From an uncultured Salinivenus sp. (lineage in GTDB: Bacteria > Bacteroidota > Rhodothermia > Rhodothermales > Salinibacteraceae): a DNA stretch of 33,708 nt. Positions 1 through 8,700 of the stretch are shown piece after piece (position 1 is the first letter of the stretch; each line of letters starts with the position of its first letter). The notes under the pieces were generated by a model. That model ran no database searches. It saw only the letters and a program-made list of their open reading frames with translations, and had not been told where the DNA came from. Location of the stretch: contig CAZSBW010000001.1 in the NCBI GenBank assembly GCA_964604815.1, positions 1 to 33,708 on the forward strand. Reading direction: 5' to 3'. The translations under genes and the position numbers were made by a program.

Positions 1-255
1 CCATTCATACAACGCCCGGTGCTTCACGGCGTCGCCAAAAATACAGAGGCCCGCGTTGAAGACGGCGAGGCTCACCGTGCCGAGCGCCACCCACTTCCAG
101 GTCGAGGCGGTCTCGGACTTCAGAATGGTGGACTGGCCGATGAGGCTCGCGCCGAACCCAACAGTCACGAGGCCGAGGGGGGCGAGCCGCTTCCATTTCT
201 GATAGTGCTCGGCGGCCGTGTCAGGGTCGAGATCGGTGCGCGTAGCGGTAGTCAT
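1..255 (-). CDS. Small hypothetical membrane protein, 3' end runs off the window
   Basis: Not in the ORF track; manual translation from ATG 255 gives MTTATRTDLDPDTAAEHYQKWKRLAPLGLVTVGFGASLIGQSTILKSETASTWKWVALGTVSLAVFNAGLCIFGDAVKHRALYEW..., open to base 1, with two hydrophobic segments, GC-rich third positions and a pyrimidine-rich leader. Confidence 0.7.
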   Translation of the reverse strand, partial: MTTATRTDLDPDTAAEHYQKWKRLAPLGLVTVGFGASLIGQSTILKSETASTWKWVALGTVSLAVFNAGLCIFGDAVKHRALYEW

Positions 256-477
256 GACAGTTGGGGAAACAGAATGTGATCGTCGAACGAGATTCGCCCC
301 TGTGCAAAACGGGTGCTTCGTCGTTCAGATTCGCCCCCTCCGCCCCCAATGCATCGGCGGCCGCGCAGTACTGGCCGGATGTCTGTCCCGAGGTGCGGTT
401 GAGGGGCAGTTTCCTGTTCCGATTCGCCGGTGTGGGACCGATGCTTTATCCCCGAACGTGGGAGAGAACACGCTCGC

Positions 478-837
478 CTACATTTCTTCGTCCTCAAACA
501 GCACCGTGACGCTGGGAAGAAGGTCGCCCTCGCGCGCCAGTGTGAGGACTGCACTGGCCGCCACCTCCGGAATCTCGTACGTGCCGTACACGGTACTCTC
601 AGTGGCCAGCGCGTAGGCCACATCCACTTCTTCTTCCAGTTCCGGTGGGTCCTCCCATGCCGTGGCCTCCTCGATCATGTAGGACCCGTCGTCGGGCATA
701 AAGGACACGATGTACATCTCCCGCTCCGTCCCGGGATCGATGAGGCTGACGCTGCCCACGAGCCCGTACTCCAGGTCGTAGAACAGCGATTCGGCGAGGA
801 GGCGGTGCGTGAAGTTTTCCAGGTCGAAGTCGGCCAT
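478..837 (-). CDS. Acidic hypothetical protein (119 aa)
   Basis: ATG start, very D/E-rich natural-looking sequence (MADFDLENFTHRLLAESLFYDLEYG...), typical codon bias; no motif recognised. Confidence 0.8.
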   Translation of the reverse strand: MADFDLENFTHRLLAESLFYDLEYGLVGSVSLIDPGTEREMYIVSFMPDDGSYMIEEATAWEDPPELEEEVDVAYALATESTVYGTYEIPEVAASAVLTLAREGDLLPSVTVLFEDEEM

Positions 838-963
838 AGGAGGGGAATGGAACCAACAGGGAAGAACATCGCACTACAAGCGTAACGGATGTGCGGTACG
901 GGATCCACCCGGCACCGATGCGCCGGGATCTCTACACAATCGTTTCACCGAGTCCCCCTCTCC

Positions 964-1206
964 ATGGAAGTGTACTGTCCGAAGTGCGAATGGGAGCCGC
1001 CGCCCAGTGCCCGATGGACCTGCGAGTGCGGGCATTCCTGGCACACATTTGACACACAGGGACAGTGTCCGGAGTGCGGCAAGGTGTGGCGCGAGACGCA
1101 GTGTCATCAGTGCCATGAATGGTCGCCCCATCACGACTGGTACCACGACCTGCCGCCCGTAGACGTAGACGACATTACGAAGGGCAAAGAAGCCCCAGCC
1201 GAGTGA
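964..1206 (+). CDS. Cys/His/Trp-rich putative zinc-binding microprotein (80 aa)
   Basis: ATG at 964 (after CCTCTCC) gives MEVYCPKC...WTCECGH...CPECG...CHQCH...HHDWYHD; four Cys pairs. Confidence 0.8.
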   Translation: MEVYCPKCEWEPPPSARWTCECGHSWHTFDTQGQCPECGKVWRETQCHQCHEWSPHHDWYHDLPPVDVDDITKGKEAPAE

Positions 1207-1277
1207 TCGTCCCTTCCTGCTTGGTCCTTTCCGCTTCCTTCGAACCCTCTTCTCGGGCCAGCCCCGCCGCCCCACAC

Positions 1278-4200
1278 ATGCCCTTTCTCCATCCCGTCCG
1301 GCCCGTTTCCGTGCTTATCTGCCTGTTTCTGGCCGTCGGCCCGGTTTGTGCACAAACGCCCCTTCGCAACTACACCGATCACGAGGTCGGGCCGTCGTCG
1401 ATTACGGTGTGGGCCGACACGTCCGGCCTTCGCCTCACGTGGTACCGCAGCGACGTGGTGGAGGTGGAACTGCTACCGAGCCGGTCCACGACGCACGACT
1501 CCTCGCTCGTCGTCGCTCGGAAGTCCGAAGGCGTGCCCGTAAACGTGTGGGCTACGCCGGGGGCTCTTCATGCGTCCACGAGGGGCATCACGGCTCACGT
1601 CCAGAAAGAGCCCGTGCGCCTTCAGTTGACGGATGCGAGCGGACAGTCGCTTCTTGAAGAGCCGGCGTCGGCGGGGTTTACCGCTTCGAGCACTACGCGC
1701 ACGGCCCAGTTTGAGCTGCCCTCGCAGACACACTTCTACGGCACCGGCGAGCGGGGCATTGGAATCGACCTGCGCGGCGAGCGCTTCCGCAACGACAACC
1801 AGCAGCACTACGGCTACAATGGTGTGCTGCCCACCATGAACATCAACGTTCCCCTTCTCCTCACCTCGGAGGGATACGCTCTTCTCTTCGACACGCCGTA
1901 CCCCGGCACGTTCGACCTCGGCGCTCAGAATCCGTCGACGTTTTCGTATGAGGCCGACGGCGGCGAACTGTCCTATTTCGTTCTCGCAGGGGAATCGATC
2001 CCCGAACAGCTTGACGGTTACACCTGGCTCACGGGCCGTCCGCCCATGCCGCCCAAGTGGGCGCTGGGCTACCTGCAATCGAAGTACGGCTACCGCTCGG
2101 CGGACGCGGCGCGCGACGTGGCCAATCGCCTCCGAGACGAAGACATTCCGGCGGACGGCCTCATCCTCGACCTGTACTGGTTCGAAAACATGGGTGACCT
2201 GTCCTGGGACAATAGTTCCTTCCCGGATCCGTCGGGCATGATTGACGACCTCGAAGCGAACGGCATCAAGACCATCGTCATCAGCGAACCCTACTTTGCC
2301 GAGACCTCGGACTGGTTCTCGGCGATGATCGAGGACGGAGCGCCCCGCCCCGCACAGACCGGCGGCGGCGAGCCCTATCGGCTGCAGGGCTGGTGGTCGT
2401 GCGGCTGCGACGCGGTGCTGGCGGACATGACGCACGGCCCCACACAGGACTGGTGGACGGAGCGGTACGCCGACATTATGGATGCGGGCGTGCATGGATT
2501 CTGGACGGACCTGGGCGAGCCGGAGGCGCACCCGCCCAGCATGCAGCACGTGGGCGGCTCCGCCGACGCCGTCCACAACGTCTACAACCTGCTGTGGGCC
2601 CGCACGGTACACGAGACGTTTTCCGAGCAGCGTCCCAACCGGCGGGTCGTGAACCTCACCCGGTCCGGCTACGCGGGGATTCAGCGCTACGGCGTGTTCA
2701 CGTGGTCGGGAGACGTAAACCGCTCGTTCACAGGGCTGTCGGTGCAGCCCACCATTATGCTTAACAGCAGCCTCTCGGGACTCTATTACCACAGCTCCGA
2801 CCTCGGCGGCTTCACGGGAGAAGGCTCCTCGGAGCTCTACGCCCGCTGGATGCAGATGGGGGCGCTCACCCCGGTGGCCCGCCCGCATGGGGTGGACAAT
2901 GAGCCCACCGAACCGTGGGGATTTGGCAGCGAGGCGCTCTCGATCAGTCGAAAATACGTGAAGCTGCGCTATCGCCTGCTTCCCTATCTCTACACGATGG
3001 CGTATCGAGCGCACGACCGGGGCATGCCCATCGTCCGCCCGCTCTTTTTCGAAAATCCCGATGCGGACCGGCTTTCGGGGCGGGACGACGCGTACCTTTT
3101 TGGCGATTCGTTTCTCGTGGCGCCGGTGGTGGAACGCGGAAAGCGAAGCAAGGAGGTGCCTCTTCCCTCCGGCTCCTGGGTCAACTACTGGACGGACGAG
3201 TCCGTGTCGGGTCGGCAGACGATCACCGTCGATGCGCCGCTCGACCGCCTTCCCCTGTTCGTAAAGCAAGGCGCAATCATCCCCATGCGCCCCACGGCCC
3301 CCGACTACGTGGGCCGCTCCGTGGCCGACACCCTCGAACTCGCCGTCTATCCCAGCGAAGACGGCGGCCGGTTTACCCTCTACGAGGACGACGGGTACAC
3401 GCAGGCGTACGCGCAGAGCAACTACGCCCTCACGTCGTTCGAGCAGAAGAAGGAGGCGCGAGACGAGGGAGCGCGGTACACGGTTGCGCTCGGTCCCACG
3501 CGCGGCTCCTTCGAGGGCCGGCCGACCGAGCGCGTCTATCACACCGTGCTGCACCGCGTGGCGGACCCGCCGAGCCACGTGACGCTCGACGGACGCATCC
3601 TCGCCGACCGGGAGACGCCGACCGCTCTGCGCGATCAGGGCTCGGGGTATGCCTACGACGCCGAGGCGGAGCGCCTGCACATGCGCGCAGCAGTGGCGGA
3701 CCGGCGGCCGCACGAGTTGCAGGCCTACACGGGCGACGGGCCGATTGCTGTGCAGGCCGCTGCGGTGGGAGCCGACACCACTGTGGTCTTTGGCGAGGCA
3801 GGACTGGGACTCACCTTCAACGGCGTTGCGGCTGCCGACACCGTGTCCGTTTCGAAGTACGGCACGCCTCCGACGAACGTCGGCAATCTCGCGGAGGACA
3901 ATGTGGCCTCGTACCGCTTCGTCGTGTCGGCCGGCGACGCGCTCCGCTTCGACTCCGCAACGGTCGACATTGGTGTTCGCTCGGTTGGGGACCTTGGCGC
4001 CCCCACCAACGTCACCGTCTACACCCGAGAGCAGCCGGGTGCGGGCCCCTTTGCCGCTCTCCCAACCCGCGTTGACGACAACGGCACGCCCGGCGACGCG
4101 TCCGACGACACGCTCTCGGTCACGACAACCTCCTTCAGCGAGTTCATCCTGGTGAGCGAGTCCGGATCTCCGTCCCTGGAGTTGGAGGCCTTCGACGCAA

Positions 4201-4778
4201 CGGTTGAAGAGGCGGCGGTCCGCCTCACGTGGCGGCCCCTGTACGACGCTCGCAACGCCACCTTTCACGTCCAGCGTCGGGTCGCCGCCCGAACGGCGCG
4301 CCCCGACGCCCAGACGAACCGCCGAGCCGCTTCCGCGGAGTGGGAGCGCGTGGGGCAACTCGACGGCACCGACACAATCGAGCCGGGCGCGTACCGCTTC
4401 GTGGACGAGCCGCTTCCCGAAGACGTCGACTCGCTGTCCTACCGTCTGAAGCAGACGAACGCGAACGACGTCATCTCCTACTCCACGCCGATCACCATTC
4501 AGCGCCCGGTTGAGCGCGTGCAGCTTCGCCCGCCTGCGCCCAATCCGGTACGCCGGCGGGTGAGTGTCCACTACGCCGTTCCAGAAGGGCAGGACGCAAC
4601 CCTTCGCCTCTACGACGTGCTCGGGCGACAGGTCAAGACCCTTCCCGTCAGCGTCGGGGAAAACGGAGAGCGACGAACGATCCAGCTGGACCTCTCGGAC
4701 GTGGCCAGCGGGGCGTACTTCCTGCGCCTCCGCACCGAAACCGCAGTAGAAACCCGTCGGGTAACGGTCGTCCAGTAG
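1278..4778 (+). CDS. Secreted glycoside hydrolase family 31 (alpha-glucosidase/transglucosylase-like) with T9SS type A C-terminal sorting domain
   Basis: Signal peptide from ATG 1278; GH31 motifs PKWALGYLQSKYGY, LDLYWF, FWTDLGEPE (nucleophile), WSGDV (acid/base), SDLGGF, LYEDDG; C-terminus PNPVRR...LYDVLGRQV...SGAYFLRL...RRVTVVQ. Confidence 0.92.
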   Translation: MPFLHPVRPVSVLICLFLAVGPVCAQTPLRNYTDHEVGPSSITVWADTSGLRLTWYRSDVVEVELLPSRSTTHDSSLVVARKSEGVPVNVWATPGALHASTRGITAHVQKEPVRLQLTDASGQSLLEEPASAGFTASSTTRTAQFELPSQTHFYGTGERGIGIDLRGERFRNDNQQHYGYNGVLPTMNINVPLLLTSEGYALLFDTPYPGTFDLGAQNPSTFSYEADGGELSYFVLAGESIPEQLDGYTWLTGRPPMPPKWALGYLQSKYGYRSADAARDVANRLRDEDIPADGLILDLYWFENMGDLSWDNSSFPDPSGMIDDLEANGIKTIVISEPYFAETSDWFSAMIEDGAPRPAQTGGGEPYRLQGWWSCGCDAVLADMTHGPTQDWWTERYADIMDAGVHGFWTDLGEPEAHPPSMQHVGGSADAVHNVYNLLWARTVHETFSEQRPNRRVVNLTRSGYAGIQRYGVFTWSGDVNRSFTGLSVQPTIMLNSSLSGLYYHSSDLGGFTGEGSSELYARWMQMGALTPVARPHGVDNEPTEPWGFGSEALSISRKYVKLRYRLLPYLYTMAYRAHDRGMPIVRPLFFENPDADRLSGRDDAYLFGDSFLVAPVVERGKRSKEVPLPSGSWVNYWTDESVSGRQTITVDAPLDRLPLFVKQGAIIPMRPTAPDYVGRSVADTLELAVYPSEDGGRFTLYEDDGYTQAYAQSNYALTSFEQKKEARDEGARYTVALGPTRGSFEGRPTERVYHTVLHRVADPPSHVTLDGRILADRETPTALRDQGSGYAYDAEAERLHMRAAVADRRPHELQAYTGDGPIAVQAAAVGADTTVVFGEAGLGLTFNGVAAADTVSVSKYGTPPTNVGNLAEDNVASYRFVVSAGDALRFDSATVDIGVRSVGDLGAPTNVTVYTREQPGAGPFAALPTRVDDNGTPGDASDDTLSVTTTSFSEFILVSESGSPSLELEAFDATVEEAAVRLTWRPLYDARNATFHVQRRVAARTARPDAQTNRRAASAEWERVGQLDGTDTIEPGAYRFVDEPLPEDVDSLSYRLKQTNANDVISYSTPITIQRPVERVQLRPPAPNPVRRRVSVHYAVPEGQDATLRLYDVLGRQVKTLPVSVGENGERRTIQLDLSDVASGAYFLRLRTETAVETRRVTVVQ

Positions 4779-4795
4779 CAGAATACCGCGTCGGG

Positions 4796-5590
4796 CTATG
4801 CCAAGACGCTTTCATCGTCCACGTAGTCGCGGAGGAAGGAGCGAGCTTGTTCGCCCTCGATTTCTGTCGTCTCGGCGCCGAACAGATCGGCCACGTGGCG
4901 GACGACCGGGACGCGAACGGCGTCCACGTCCACCTCCTCCACGCCTTCGGCAGCCAGCGAGGTGACGCCCCGATCGTTGATGCCGCAGGGCACGATGTGG
5001 TCGAAGTAGTGGAGGTTGGTCGTCACGTTGAACGCAAAGCCGTGCATCGTCACCCAGCGGCTGCAGCGCACGCCCATCGCACAGATTTTACGCTCCAGCC
5101 CCCGCTCGTCGGGACCAATCCAGACGCCGGTGCGGCCGTCCACGCGGGAGCCCGCCACGCCGTGCTCGGCACAGGTGCGAATGATGACCTCTTCGAGGGT
5201 GCGCAGGTACCGGCCCAGGTCGGTGAAGAAGCGGTCGAGGTCGAAGAGCGGATAGCCCACAAGCTGGCCGGGGCCGTGGAACGTGACGTCCCCGCCCCGC
5301 CCAATGCGGTGGAACGTGGCCCCCATCGCCTCGAGAGCCGTCTCCGACACCAGCAGGTTGTCGGCATCTCCGCTTTTGCCCAGCGTGTAGACGGGCGGAT
5401 GCTCCAGCAGGAGCAACACGTGGGGCGGCCGGTTCGCCGAATCGGCGCGACTCGGAGCATCGGCAGCGGCGGGCGACGGTGCGCGCTTGGCCGCGACGAG
5501 GCGCTCCTGCACCTGTTCCTGCAGGGCCCACGCCGCCTCGTAGCCGATGCGGCCGAGGTGACACACGACGAGCTCTTTGGAGGAGGGCAT
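4796..5590 (-). CDS. lipB: Lipoyl(octanoyl) transferase LipB
   Basis: [46 protein letters not shown] motifs; ATG 5590 preferred over upstream TTG 5710. Confidence 0.95.
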   Translation of the reverse strand: MPSSKELVVCHLGRIGYEAAWALQEQVQERLVAAKRAPSPAAADAPSRADSANRPPHVLLLLEHPPVYTLGKSGDADNLLVSETALEAMGATFHRIGRGGDVTFHGPGQLVGYPLFDLDRFFTDLGRYLRTLEEVIIRTCAEHGVAGSRVDGRTGVWIGPDERGLERKICAMGVRCSRWVTMHGFAFNVTTNLHYFDHIVPCGINDRGVTSLAAEGVEEVDVDAVRVPVVRHVADLFGAETTEIEGEQARSFLRDYVDDESVLA

Positions 5591-5726
5591 ACGCCAGACG
5601 GGGCTAAGCGTGACGATTGCAGGTCGGGGACGCCCGTTTGCTTCATTTCGTTCTGAACGGCTCGCAGGCACCGGGGTTGGCCCGAAGTTATTCGGTGTCG
5701 AGGCGCTCAAAAACCAAGACAGTCAC

Positions 5727-8700
5727 CTAATTCTGCGAGAAGCTAACGGTCAGGTTGAAAGTTCCGTTCACGTTCGTGTAGGAGGACTGGGCCGTGTTGT
5801 TGCCACTGAATTTTTCGTACGTAAGGCTGAAATCCGCCGTTACGCGATCACTGACAGAGTACGAGATTTTCGGAGACACGGTAAGACGAGTCGTCTTCCG
5901 AAGGTCCACGTTGTCCCCTTTCAGGGCGTCGGCGGGATCGTAGTCAAAGTTGGCGTTTGCGGCCTCCTGGAGGGCTGAGTTTAGGTTGTACGTTCGTTCG
6001 TCGCTCACGGAACGGGTAAAGCTGACCTCGATTCGAATTCGGTTCTCGATGCGTGGAAAGAAGGGGAGGCTGAGGCCGCGCTTACTGTAGGAAACCCGTC
6101 CGGAGAACTCGCCGGTTTTCTTCTCCCGAACGCCGTCGACCCCCCGCAGCGCCGTGGTGGTACTTTGGTTCCACTGGAGGCTCGTCTGCAGGTCCCAGGG
6201 CCACGTAATGTCCACCCCAATCAGGGGTTGGAACTGCGCCTGGATCTGGGCCGACTGTGGTTTGAAGTCGGCCTCCACGCGCTGGAACGTTTGTCCCACC
6301 GCGGTCACACTGGTCGTGTCGCCTGCCCGCGAATTGGAGTCGAAGTTCGTGTCGTACGTTGCGTTGTAGCCGTGATTGAGCGAGACATTTTCGGTTACGC
6401 GCTTGATCAGGGGCCAGTCGGAGAGCCCCGAGTAGCGCACGGTCCATCCCGGCAGTGGAAGGGGAGTAAAGCCGTGCCCGCCAACGGTGAGGCCGCTGGT
6501 TAGATAGGCGTCGCGGAAGTCGGCCGTGACGGACGGCTTGGTGAGGGGCACCTGTCGTTCGGCCAGGCTTTGCCCGGGCGTCGCGGCGGCGCTCTCAAGG
6601 GTCGCGAGCTGGCGCTCGAAGAACGCTTTGTAAGACCCGAAGGCCCAAATCGACGCACTCGTGTTGCCGCTCTCTCGCCGAACGCGCTCGACTGAGGAGG
6701 GGGCGTTGTCTGCGTTTGCGGGCGGTCCGTTTTCTGAACGAGGGCGCTGGAACTCAATCTGGGGCTGGTTTTGCCACGATACGCTCCAGTTTAGGTCAAT
6801 ATTGAGCGACGAGCTCGGGGTCAGTGCCGTTCGGGCGTCGAATTGGTGCTGGTTGGTGAGGTTGTCCGTGACGTTCTGGCCTTCCGGGAAGACGCGTTTG
6901 CTCTCCGGATCGATCGACCGTTGAAGTCCGAGGCGATATCCAAGGGGGGCGCCGTCGCCCCGGAGCGCGTCGAGAAGGCTGTAGCTGGTATTCACGTCCG
7001 TAATTCGCCCGGCTGTGGTGTCCCGGACTGGGCGGCCCACGTTGCTGGATCGGGCGCTCTGCTTGCCGTTGTAGTTGATTGTGATGTCGTCGATGTCCAT
7101 AACGGTGAGGGCCAGACGGCGAAGTACGCCGACGGGGCTTGGAAGAGGCACGTCGTCCCAGCTCACCCCGCCCCCTGATGCCTCGTCCTCGTCTGATTGT
7201 GAGTCGGCGTCCCCACTCTGACCCTCTGGTTCCGAGGACGCTCCGCTCCGTCCGTCGTCGGTGTCCTGCTGGGCCTCGCGCTGAGCCTGCTTCATGCGCT
7301 CAAAGAAGCCGAACCGTTCCCAGACCTTGTTCGGCTTCAGACTCACGCCGGTTCGCAGCGTTACGTTGTTCTGGACGCTTGCGCCCTGTAGGCTGCCCTT
7401 CGATCCGTTTTGCCAGTTGAACGAGGCCTGGTACGAGATGTCCTGCAGGTCCACCCAGTTTAGCCACTTCCGGTCGGTAATGCCGAGGCGCAGCGTGGAC
7501 GAAAAGCGCTGCTGATAGCTTTCGGTGCGCGGGCTGGCGTCGCCCAGGAACACGGAGCGAAGAACCTCTCCCTCCGACTTCGTGCGGAGCCGCTCCTCGA
7601 CGAACACCGTCGTGCCCAGGGCATCGCGGAGGCTGTCGGCCGTGACGTCGTCCGGAAGATCGATGAAGCTCTGCGGGTTCCGAAAGAAGGCGCTCGTGTC
7701 AACGTCCGTGAGTTCGGTTCTCCCGACGACCGACCCTTCGCCGAAAATGAGATTCTGTTGGGTGCGCCCCGAGAGGTCATTGAGGGTTTGCTGCGTGTTT
7801 GAGTCGTAACCGAGACTCAGAAAGCTGAAGGGATCGTACTGCAGGCTGAAGGTGCGGTTGTGCGAGAAATTCTGGTTTTCCCGAAACGGCTTGGCGATGC
7901 GAGGCGGCTGCCTGTTTTCCGACGAGGGCTGGATTCGCGTGGGTCGGTCCCGTTTGGTGGTGACCCCTCGATCGGCGCTGGCCGAAAAGGACAGCGAGGT
8001 CGGCACGTAGTTGAACTCAATGTCGCCCAGACCACCCAGGACCGGCACGTCGGGGAAAAAGCCGAGCGGGGTCACCGTGCGAGCCTGGCCGAAGTTGAGC
8101 TGATAGTCGAACGATCCGGACCAGCGCCACTTCTCATCGACCACAAGTTGCGGACTTCGAGCCGTCCGAGTGAGGTAAGAAAAGTTCAACGAACTCGCGT
8201 CGACCGTTTTTTCCATCCACCAGGACTCCGACCCGCTCTTTGACAGGTTGGCCGTCACGGTGCGCTGGAGACTGTACGACTGCGACGCCCGCTTTACGCT
8301 GTCCTTGAGCGTCTCGCGAATCTGATCCGGCGACTGGTCGGAATACTGGTCGCCGAAACGGGTGCGGAGGGTGTCCGTCGGAATGATGTCGAACTGGTCC
8401 TGCACCTCCTGGACGCGCACGTCGCCGCGCTGGGGGTCGAACCGCGGCTCGTTGAGGTTGGATTGCACCTGCATTGTCACGGGAATATTCCAACCCTGTC
8501 GCTTGGGCAAAAGAGCGTCGAGATTCACTTCGGCGCGGGCGCTCCAGCTCGTATTGTCGGACTGTTTGCGCTCGTCGAGCGTGCTCGACAACGACCCAAA
8601 GCCGTCGGTTTTGCGCTGAAAGCTGCCCTGCAGGGTGGCAAGGTCGGCCAGGCTTACGTTGGCGCTGCTGGTGGTGGCCCATCCATTTCGCTCGTCGTAT

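Noticed and set aside
285-431. Mini CRISPR array from the GATTCGCC repeats
   Set aside because: Repeats are only 8-11 nt, irregularly spaced, and there are no cas genes.
1473-4571. 1032-aa antisense ORF, and similar long shadow ORFs opposite lipB, sprA, dnaX, the dehydrogenase and the nucleotidyltransferase
   Set aside because: Expected artefact of high GC3 codon bias on the real strand; the translations are Arg/Gly/Val-rich with no motifs.
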